Under the pieces are notes generated by a model. That model ran no database searches, was not told the DNA's origin, and saw nothing but the letters and a program-made list of their open reading frames with translations. From positions 1-51,380 of the forward strand of contig JAQGDQ010001261.1 in NCBI GenBank assembly GCA_030141605.1: a DNA stretch of 51,380 bases, read 5' to 3'. Of this stretch, positions 13,965 through 24,051 are shown piece by piece; positions within the stretch are counted from its first letter, which is position 1; the number at the start of each line of letters is the position of its first letter. The position numbers and the translations under genes are program-made. This stretch comes from Tubiluchus corallicola (lineage: Eukaryota > Animalia > Priapulida).

Positions 13965-14492
13965 ATGAGTGTTTTTAAGTGCCTGTAATAAAAGTTGACT
14001 AATATATTTTTTTATTTTTACTGAAACGTGTTAAATTTCAAGCATGTATTTGCCGAAGCATATTGACTTCCTGCTTGCTGGGCTGATAGTGAAGTCTGAT
14101 CTTTGCCAGTGGCATCCATTCCATGTTCAATTAAAACACGTACACACAAGAGTGTTCAGGGTTTACTGAGTTACTATCTTCTCAGCTCATGAGACAGAAA
14201 CAAATTTTTTTGTGGCTGGCCTGAGAAAGTAAGGATTCCTGGAAAAAAGATAAATATCTCGGTATCAGAGCAATCGTACAAAGATGGAAAATTTTAGCAC
14301 TGTTTGCTTATTCAGATCTCACAACAGCTTTTAAAAACAAAAATGTTTCTGTTCAAACTGAAGTTTGAACTTTTCTAACACTGCTGCGCTATGGATAATA
14401 TAAAAAACTGCTTCTATGATTTATGACTATGATGATTTTCTTCTAGAAAGAGTGCAACATCTATGTAGTTTCGGATTTAGTAATCGCACGAC

Positions 14493-17400
14493 ATGCCAGA
14501 TGTAACACATCATGTAACTTGTATTTGCATAATCTGCGGGACTCTGCTGTGTCTGAGTATGTGCTCAGAAAGACCAGCAGCTGTGACAAATAGGTATGAT
14601 CCCAGAATACTGACTGGCGCTGGGGCGTCGTTTCCAAATAAAGTGTATCAGACGTGGATGAAGCTTTATGAAGCAAAGAGAGAAAAGTGGCTGTACTTGG
14701 CTATGAAATACTTGGCGGTAGGAAGTGGTTTAGGAAAAAACTTGATCAAGAACAACCTCACCTTTATTGATTATGCAGGTAGTGATAGTCTGCTTACGGA
14801 TAGCGATTATGAAGAATACCCAGATTTGCAAATGTTTCCAAGTGTGATTGGGTAAGCACTTTCAATAAATTTAACTATTAGTTTTTTTATTTCATTAACT
14901 AATTATGACTGTGATTGCCTGAATTTTTTACAAACCATTGCGGTTTATTTTACCAATTATTTCCCATTGTGTGTAATGAGTTGGAGAAAGAAAACACTGG
15001 AAAATTGTGGACTAAATTTGAATCCGAGACCTGAGATTAGTACCTCCGCGCTCTACCACCTAAGCAACCAGCCCAGTGTGACAGAGCATGTCTAAGATTT
15101 CCTCCTTGCAGCTCACAATCCAACAGCGCCACCTGTACCCGTGACAGAAGGGGGATAACCTGGGAAAGTATTGATACCAACTTTCATCCGTGATCCGTAG
15201 TTTCGTCACTATAATACAAGTCGTAGTTACTGTGTAATGCTCCCAAAAATATTAACCCTGTTTTGTTACGTTTGGATAAATTTCCATCATTTTGATATTT
15301 TCACATTATCGGCACCATCATCCTCATTGTCGTTACACATCGTATAACACTGCCATCAGAGGCTAATCAAGACTTTACGACGCCCTAGGCTGATAGTTTC
15401 TGTCCTACCTATCTCTATTATGAATTTAATGTTGTTTAAGTAATGAGCAAATTAAACAATACTTGTGGTGTATTAGAAACATTAGTATTATACTTGTGGT
15501 ATATTGTTAACCTAGTTTCTAGTTGTTATCATAAATAACATGTATTTTTGCATAACGCTATATATGCAGGCTGCACAAATGCTTGTTGTCTATTTTTTTG
15601 CACCTGTTCGTTATGTGGCACTTAAAAGCTGTGCGCAGTAACTGCCTGTGGTGTGTTATAAAATGTGCCCTTTACATGAATATGAAAGTGTACCACATTT
15701 TCCACGGACATTAAGAACATTTTTCTAAAATGTGATGCCCTAGCCTAGTTAGCTTATTGGTTAATATGCCTCTGACTGTCATTATCATCAATATAATCTT
15801 TTGTAACTTGTAACAGTGGCACAGTAATCTGTTTGTAACACACTCAACTTGCATTTTTAAATCAGCAGACACAATCATAAGCATAATCCATTTTGAAGGT
15901 CTTACCACATTCTTGCTTTAATATCACAATTGTGGACTGTTTTTTACACATCGTTATTTTTATTGATTATACATGTGTTTCTGATTAGCTCCGATTTTTT
16001 TGTTTAGTGCCATTGATAAACATCCGGTATTGCCAGTTAGGCTTACTGTCCTGGATTTAGTAGGGGGGGGGGGTACTAAACCATGTGACACGGCCACCTT
16101 CTCTCTTTGCTGTTTCAGGAATGTATTGCCTCATTGCCATAAGCGCAGATTTTGCTTGCATACAGGTCTAATGATCTAACAACTTACGTCGTCACACACG
16201 TATTTACCCAGTTTTCGTAGTTTAATGCAAAGGAGTAAAGAGTTAGGTACGAATGATTACTTGCATACATTTGAAACTTGTTTGCAGGGCTGTTCAAATG
16301 GTTTTCAATCTGGGTACAAGCATTACAGCTCTGAATTTGACTCGCAACGGGTTGGTTGGCATATACAATGGTACAATCAAGAGTTGGGACCATCCTATAC
16401 TGCAAAATGCGAATCCCCAAGTAAAGTTGCCTACGGCAGTAATTAAGGTGTGCTTATGCATAATTTAAATTAGTAAGCTAATGTAGTGTTTGGTAATGAG
16501 TGAGTTTGAACTTGGATATCTGTGTGGAGTGCTGAAGAAAAGATTTCAGAATACAAGACATTGTGGATGTGTAGAGTGGGTGTGCATGTAAGTCGTTAGA
16601 AAGACAGTGGTTTAAACATAATTTATTGAAGATGTAACATATGCTAGGTTGAAACAGACAGTTTTACAACTGATATATGTTCTCATATATCTATATATGT
16701 TCTCCTTCTCTTGGTAAGATATTGTTTGTAGACAACGTATGAAACTAATCTGGCTCAGTAGCTGCAGTAAACATAATTAAAATCAGCGTGAAAATATTAA
16801 ATCTGTCTGTTCTAGGTAGTTGTTAGAAAAGACAAATCAGGAACAACAGAGATTTTCACTAGCGCTTTGAGCGCCTTCAGTCCGGAATGGAATAACGCAT
16901 ATGGAACTTTCAGTGCTGGTGTAAATGGAGACGGATCGATGATGTGGCCGGATTATACTGTTACATACACAGGAAAAAAAAGCATCGGAGTCACAGGACT
17001 AGTCTTATCTATTGAGGGTACTATAGCCTATGTCTCTCAAGCTGACGCTGTTGAGGTATCAGTCTTCTTGCCATAAAATGTAACCATAAACAACTCCTCT
17101 AGCTCAAAAATGCACATCTTGCTAGGCGAAATACAGTAAACTGTCTATAAATCGAACACCTCTGGACAGGAAAATTTGTTCGAGTTATGCAAAAGTTCGA
17201 CATACACTAGTAACACTACAGACTGTGAAAGGGATAAACTGAGCCTAGCGACAATTTTTAGGAATAATCAAAAAATAAGATGACTGGTCCACTTCTATTG
17301 TTGTCGGAGTAGCATGTTTAATAGAATTTGGCAATAATAAAATCATGTTCGTTAAACCATGCTGTGCGCAGCAGTCTGCTAAGGTAATACAAGAAATTTA

Positions 17401-20400
17401 GCATTTGTGCTGAAACTAACAGTTAAAATCGTAATTTGGTTTCATAGGATTTCTTGCTTGGGAGGTTGTTCGAGATAGGTAAGGTAATTTCTTAAGAACT
17501 GTACCGGGAATTTGGTGCGTGTTACGTGATAATCCGATCCAAGTTACAGATTTTGAGTTGCATGGTGTTTGTTAAAGAGAGGAATGAAAGGGATAATTCA
17601 TTCCATGATATCTGTTTGAAATATACAAGAATACGAGCTTTACCAGTTCCAGTTATACGTAGTTTACTGTATGTCACGATTGTGCTGCTGAACATAACTA
17701 TTAAAGCAGTAAAAGAAGCAGCTGTCTGCTTGGGCTTTTCCAATGTTAACTGACATTTGGCAACTGTTGAAGGCCAGGCCTGATTATCGTGTAGGTTAGT
17801 ATAGTTTGCAGCTTGTGGCTCCTCAAGCTTTGGGGGGCCAAGCTTGAGGAACCTGCTAAAGGATCTTAAATGCATTTTTTTTTAAGAATGAGTACTGTTT
17901 TAATATTTTGTATTGCCAAATAATTTATTTAAGTTAAAATAAAATTTCAATTTTAAAAAAGGTGGCCTGGGAATCTAAAAACCCAATTTCTGTTTGTGGT
18001 TCCTTATTTGAGATAAAGGTCCTCTGTTTGAGGCCTTTTATTTGAGATAAAGATCCTCTGTTTGAGGCCTTTTATTTGCGATAAAGGGCCTTTGTTTGAG
18101 GCCTTTTATTTGCGATAAAGGGCCTTTGTTTGAGGCCTTATATTTGAGATAAAGGTCCTCTGTTTGAGGCTTTTATTTGAGATAAAGGGCCCTTGTTTGA
18201 GGCCTTTTATTTGAGATAAAGGGCCTTTGTTGGAGCCCTTTTATTTGAGATAAAGGCTTTTGTTTGAGGCCCTTTCTTTGAAATAAGGGGCCAACGTTTA
18301 AAGCCCTTTATTTCAGATGAGGTGCCCCACTTTTGGGCCCTGGCTATAAATTATGAGGCCCCAATCCATGTTTGTTAGAGAATGGTTCTATCTGAGGGTC
18401 CCCATAATTTGATTAGCCTAGGGCCCCCAAAAGGTCATAAGGTCATTTCTGGCCCCCACAGATGGCGAGGGATAACTTGTGTGTGGTAACTCAGTGTGCA
18501 TCTCTGATGTCAAACTCATGGAAGAATGGGCCAGCAAGGCTGGGACAGTTCACTGTGGTACCACCATTTAGCAGCACTGTCTAAAATCTGTAAAGGGAGC
18601 TCCTTAGGAGAAAGGAAAACTTGGTGCAAGGCACCATGGGTCATCAGGACAAAAACTATAAAATAATGATGAATTCCCTTTTGCCTGACAGGTCATTGGT
18701 ATGACATTGATAGTTTTCTGCTGAGTTGCCTTGGGCCTTTGTCTATTATCATCCTTACACGAGTAAAGCTTGGTGGACACTACGTGGAGTGTACGTGTAC
18801 AGGGCCGGATTAAGATGTGTTGGTGGCCTGAGCACACCCAGCACCTGGCTCTCTCTTTCTCCCTTTGTAATCGTGTGCATGTTTCACGGTTCAAAACATG
18901 TGTACTATGTGATACGAAATATGCAACATTATATATAAAATGAGCTTCTTCGCTTTGCATAGAATTTATGCCACTTAAATTCTTTATTGACTTCAAAATG
19001 AAATTTCAGTTAAACAAATCCGCTACCCAAAAAGTGTGATGCTTGACAACAGCAAAATTGGTCATTTTCAGCACTAGAGGTCACTAGTTACAAAAATTGG
19101 TCATTTTCAGCACTAGAGGCAACCAGTTACAAAAAATTGGTCATTTTCAGCACTAGAGGCCACCAGTTACAAAAAATTGGTCATTTTCAGCACTAGAGGC
19201 CACTAGTTATTGGAATGACTTAACTAAGGAAAACAGTAAGGACAACTTAATAGCCTAACACTAAATAATGTAAAGATATCAGCAACGGTTTTCAATAACA
19301 CAATGGTTAATACTGTTGTCTACTTCATTTAATTTTTATCTGCTATAATTTTTTTGCCAGCTTGGTGCCCACTGAGCCTTGATGCCCTAATCACTTCCTT
19401 AGTCTCCCTATACGTTAATCTGACCCTACACGTGTATAAATGATTGTAATAATGATGTCAATGTTAGCTAAACTATGCGCAAAATGTTTTTGTGGGATGT
19501 TTGTAATAATTTTTTATTAATTTCCTAGAGTCATGTTCGAATAGCTTCAGTTGAGTCAAGAACAGGCAGAATGGTGTATCCGACTACAGAATCTGTGCAA
19601 CAAGCTGCATTAGATTTTAAAGATGCTTTCACAGGGAGATTTACAGCTAAAATTGTAGATCCACCAAGCAGTTATGCTTATCCTATCAGCGGTAAGATTA
19701 ATTGTGATAATAAATCACTTTGAGCAAGGTAAAAATCACGTCAAATGATCACGGTCTGCGCTATGCGGCTGAGTTAAGTCACTTCGAGGCTGGTCAGTGT
19801 GTTATGATATATGTGGGTTCAATACTATAGCTCTGTACGTTTCACTCTGATTCTGCAAGTTTTTCTCATTGGGGAAAGTTGTACATGCAGATGCTGTCCT
19901 GCAGGGTGTAATGTAACAATTTGCTACTCAGCAACATAAACAACTGAGTAACATAAGAAAACAATTTATTACATCAAAGTGCTGCTCAAACTTTAACACA
20001 TCTGCCATACTCTCACAATTTCACATAGAAGTCTCATATGTCTCACACGGCCAGGGCCTATTTCAGCCTAGGCGAGGCCCGGGGAAGTAGGGCGCGTGTG
20101 GCCCGATCGGGGGGGGGGGGCCGAAGCGCCGCGGGGCGGGCGCTACCATGGTTGGCGCCCAGAAAATTTTTGAACTGCTAGAACGCCGGAGAAGCATTTT
20201 CGAAGAGAAAATATGAAGTTATACAGTTGTTAAAGGAAAGAACAATTGAAAGAAAAACTGCTTTATTCTCAAGACCAGTCCTTAATACTTGTCAATACTG
20301 GCAAACGGCATGTGTGCAGCAAGAGAGAGAGAGGGAGAGAGGAAGCAGTATGTTCGCATAAAGCAAAAAAAAGTTACCTTGGTGCGAGGCCCCCCTAGAG

Positions 20401-21242
20401 GGTGAGGCCCCGGGGAGGTAGCCCCACTTCCCCCCTTGAAATACCCCCTGCACACGGCCAGCAGTCTTGAGGGTATGATTGGAGCAGCAAAGTATTCAAC
20501 ACTTTTGGTTAACACTGATCAATGGCATGTTTTCTCTAACCGTCATAGTGGCTAGTTTGCATTTTAGTATAGCCTGAATGTGTTTGGTAAAGTTGTGGTC
20601 AGGAGAATTTCCAATACATTCAGTTCAAAAAATTAATCTCATAGTTTGCAGATCGCTGCTCTGATCATAGTGTTCAAGACTATAGGCTGTGCGAGATGCA
20701 GTACAGCCTTAGAGCCATACAGCCATAGGGCAACCATAAAGCCGTGACTTTTGGAGGCATGATGGAAACTTTATTGTTTCAGCAGTGCTTTTTTTATGCA
20801 CCACCATGTATACCTGAATGGTTATGATGCCTGTATCAGTGGCTTCTATTAGGAGGTTATCTTTGAGAGCGACCCAGGTTCCTGGCTTCCACAAACGTCA
20901 GTGTTTGTAGGTCCTGTTTTGAGTCCTGGTTCGAGTTTGCAGTGTGTACAGTTGTATATACAACTGAGTGGTATGCCTATTTGCTTTTCTAAACTATTTG
21001 GTCATTTAGTTACAGCCTAACTTTGGTCTCAATTTTCAAACTCAAACCCAGTTCTTTGGGCAAAATTCTGCAAATATCCACATAATGTGTACAGTAATTT
21101 TTGGCATTTAAAATTAAAATACACGATTAGACACTATGATTATCTTGGATTTTAAGTATCAGTGCATTGGATCTAGTTTGGGATCTGTGCAATTACATTT
21201 GATGAATGAAAATAGAGAGGAGGTGAGTGAGAGAGAGTGAGT

Positions 21243-21305
<63 letters not shown>

Positions 21306-21882
21306 GCAGAGAGAGAGAGAGAGAGAGGGGGAATGAGAGAAAGAAGAGACAGATAAACAAAGGTCCAAAATTGAATTGTATTAATATAGTAGCAGCCCAA
21401 GACTGCTTAATTTTTCACTACGTAAATAACTATGTGGAAGCAGTGATGTAACAATAGGCAAGTTCAACATTTACTTTATCACAGGTTACACCTACATCAT
21501 AATCCGCATGGAAACTATGCATGACTGCAATGCTGCAAAAGAGCTGATCAGATACTGTGATTGGTTCTTGCGTGATACCTCAGCTAGAAGAACAGCAAAT
21601 CGGTTTGGACTTGTGCCGGTGGGAAGCGAGATCGCCAGCATGGTTGTTACCAATGTATTGAGCAAGGTGAAGTGCCGTGGGACAAACATTTGGGAAGCCG
21701 TGAAAGATGAGAAGGCATGGGAGAAAAAGTATGAACAAAAGTGGAGGCTTCCCGTGTTTATATTAATTCCAATTGTTGCCTTGGTTTTGTTGATTCTCTT
21801 CTTTCATTGTGCAAGCAACTCGCTAAAGGCAAAACGAGTCAAGAAATTGCAGGAGCAAACCAGGCGACGTAACACAATATAG
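14493..21882 (+). CDS. Membrane-anchored PstS-type phosphate-binding protein, ~439 aa (exons 14493-14851, 16288-16447, 16816-17055, 19529-19691, 21485-21882)
   Basis: Five GT-AG exons join in phase (2,0,0,1) to 1320 nt. Motifs GAGASFP, VGSG.G, DYAGSD, FPSVIG|AV, GIYNGTIKSWD, NP.VKLP, VVRKDKSGTT, GTIAYV and AYPISGYTYIII are colinear with bacterial PstS. Hydrophobic N-terminal signal; TM LPVFILIPIVALVLLILFF; stop TAG at 21880-21882. Confidence 0.92.
14995..15170 (-). mobile_element. tRNA-derived repeat fragment (SINE-like or tRNA-containing TRIM-like)
   Basis: Minus strand reads GGGCTGGTTGCTTAGGTGGTAGAGCG (A-box-like) ... GGATTCAAAT (B-box-like), preceded by ...GTACA-GG-TGGCGCTGT (PBS-like). 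No intact cloverleaf. Confidence 0.5.
15357..15774. mobile_element. hAT-like MITE (family B)
   Basis: CAGAGGC...GCCTCTG termini; 8-bp TSD actgccat/actgtcat; colinear with 7145-7537. Confidence 0.85.
17134..17669. mobile_element. pogo/Tigger-like MITE (second family)
   Basis: TA|CAGTAAACT...AGTTTACTG|TA with subterminal TTCGA repeats. Confidence 0.75.
18004..18335. repeat. Minisatellite, ~10 copies of a 34-bp unit, probably inside a decayed hAT-like MITE (~17775-18455)
   Basis: TTATTTGAGATAAAGGGCCTTTGTTTGAGGCCTT recurs with GATAAAG at 18012, 18046, 18080, 18114, 18148, 18181, 18215 and 18249. Flanks carry GGGGGCC and GCCTAGGGCCCCC motifs. Confidence 0.85.
18800..19428. mobile_element. hAT MITE with an internal ~40-bp tandem repeat (4 copies, ~19054-19210)
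   Basis: CAGGGCCGGATTAA...TTAATCTGACCCTA termini; 8-bp TSD tacgtgta/cacgtgta; internal unit AAAATTGGTCATTTTCAGCACTAGAGG.CAC.AGTTAC. Confidence 0.85.
20052..20450. mobile_element. GC-rich hAT MITE, recent insertion
   Basis: CAGGG..TATTTCA...TGAAATA..CCCTG termini; perfect 8-bp TSD CACACGGC; CpG-rich interior. Confidence 0.88.
21225..21350. repeat. (GA)n microsatellite
   Basis: Long, imperfect GA run in the last intron of the PstS-like gene. Confidence 0.95.
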
Positions 21883-22000
21883 ATACAGTGTACATGTGTA
21901 CTGTGTATATACATGATTTGTACACTACTTAAATAGGTATTTGTTATGCTACTAGCCCATTATACTTTGCACCGTGTTATCTGCTATTTATATGTCAGCT

Positions 22001-22006
22001 AATAAA
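22001..22006 (+). terminator. Candidate polyadenylation signal of the PstS-like gene
   Basis: AATAAA ~120 nt after the TAG stop. Confidence 0.5.
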
Positions 22007-22788
22007 CGTTTCGTATCAACTCATACTGTACCATTTTTGAACAGTTCGTCTCCAAAGTGTTCAAAGCACAAGAAAACACTCTTCATAAATGAAGCCTAAA
22101 ATATTCATTTTGAAATTTTATATCATCTATGTACTGTCTTAGTGCATAAAGAGCTTGCATTAGCAGCATATAAAAATTGTAAGTTTAAATTCCTATGATG
22201 ACAATTAGGTGTAACCACTTTAACGCTAGGTCTTTTGAAACGTGTTCGGATAGCTTTGCATAAAGATTGAAAAAATAATCAGAGCATTCGTAGCATACTC
22301 TTCACTAACTGAGCAAAACTTCAAATAACCTTAAGATCAATAATGTGTTTTTTTGTTGAGCCAGTTGTGCACAATGGGATGGCAATGCAGTGCTATTTTA
22401 CTATGTGGCATGAATATCAGGAATTTTCTTTTCCAATTACATAAGTTTTTCAAACAGGTAGACATAATATAAGTAATACAACTTTGTATGGAAAATTCTT
22501 TGGGATATGCTTTAAAATTCCCATTTCTTTGGAACCTTTAAAAGATATCGTGCATTTTATTTTAATAAATTAAAGCACCTTTCACAACAGTTTGTGTAAG
22601 AGGTGCCGTCACCACTAAAGTGTGAACAGCTGCTACCTTTAATAAAAACAATTATGTATTTCAGGTTTTATGAATTCATGTTTTTAAATTCGTATTCTGT
22701 AAACTGAAGAGCAGCAGCTGTAAACAATTGCATAATCATGACCATAGGTGCCACTGCAAGTCTTCAACCATGTGACCATACGTGTGAT

Positions 22789-23397
22789 CAATGGCGGCTC
22801 GTAGTTAAAATTACTGGGGCTGCTGCTTCAGAAAATTTTTAGCCATTGTTTTAATACTGTGTAAAAGGTAACAAACAAATTTTAATGTTGTAGTCGTATT
22901 TGAAGATCTGGTGTTGAACGGCCTCTTTTCTTACCTGCAACTTTCTCATGGAGAGACAAGTGTGAAAAATTAAGCAGTTGTAGTTCACTTACAGTTACAG
23001 AACCTATTTCTTGCGGATGCAAGGCATCCATTTTTCAATAATGTTTTAAGCACACACGCTAAGTTTAAATTTTATCACATCCAAGAAAATGATGGTACAC
23101 GGTAAGTACGTGGCACATGTTACTGTGATAGATACAGTACTTTTGTACCTAGCAGCAGATGCTAGCATACAGCGTGTTATCACAGACATGTGCGCATGGC
23201 CGCATGCGCACAACAGCTAAACACCACATTGCTTGGGCTGTGAAGCAAACAGTACTTCCCTCACGTGGTCGGGTTCCCATACAAGCATAGAGAAAGAATT
23301 AAAGAAAAACGACTTATTATACTGAATATTATCGATAATATTGAGCAAAAACAAGGGGTGCTGCAGTACCACAGTATCTGTGCACGAGCCGCCACTG
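22789..23397. mobile_element. hAT MITE (family A)
   Basis: CAATGGCGGCTCG...CGAGCCGCCACTG; TSD cgtgtgat/catgtgac; colinear with 8704-9256 but with extra internal sequence. Confidence 0.85.
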
Positions 23398-24051
23398 CAT
23401 GTGACGAGTCTTTTGATTTGTGGGTGTGTCAGTGATTATTGCATCATAACTTAGCTTTTCTCTCTCAGTGTGATGCTGGTCTTTGCTCTTATTGTGACTG
23501 CACAGAGAGTGTTTTTGGTGTTTTTAACAAAAATTAGTGATCTGATTTTTAAACGACTGATGAAGTTAGAAGAAGAAAGGAGTCGAAACAGTGCTAATTG
23601 GAAGCACCCAGAAAAAAACTGCTTCACCGTGGGAGTAAGTACACAGAAATACGGCAACAAGTCATGCCAGAAAACCATGTTAAATCTACAAAAATAATTT
23701 GTCATTGAAAAGGTAGCTTGTGTGTCAACAAATTAGTTATATGCAAAATTAATTATCTGCAAGCTGTCATATCAAAATTAAATCATCATTATTAACTGTT
23801 TATTTTTCTCATTATTTCTATAATTGTATTTGTATTTCCAAATAAATTTATATTAAAGCTTCCAAACAGATTTCTCAAAATAAAACATATTTTAAACTGT
23901 AGAACTGCAAGCACCTTTATCATACTTTTTACACTGTTTCACGTACAGTAATGAATGTAATCATTAATTCACAGTTCTAGGAATGACCCACTTTTGATAT
24001 TTATAAAAGTGCATCAAATTTTCATTACCACAAATCACATATTATAGATAC

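Noticed and set aside
21159-21451. RE-repeat and SL-repeat ORFs
   Set aside because: Translations of the (GA)n microsatellite.
14493-21882. Bacterial contamination or a pstSCAB operon
   Set aside because: Four spliceosomal introns containing host MITEs, animal genes on both sides, and no pstC/A/B.
21868-21882. Class I PDZ-binding motif at the PstS-like C-terminus
   Set aside because: Ends N-T-I; Thr is at position -1, not -2.
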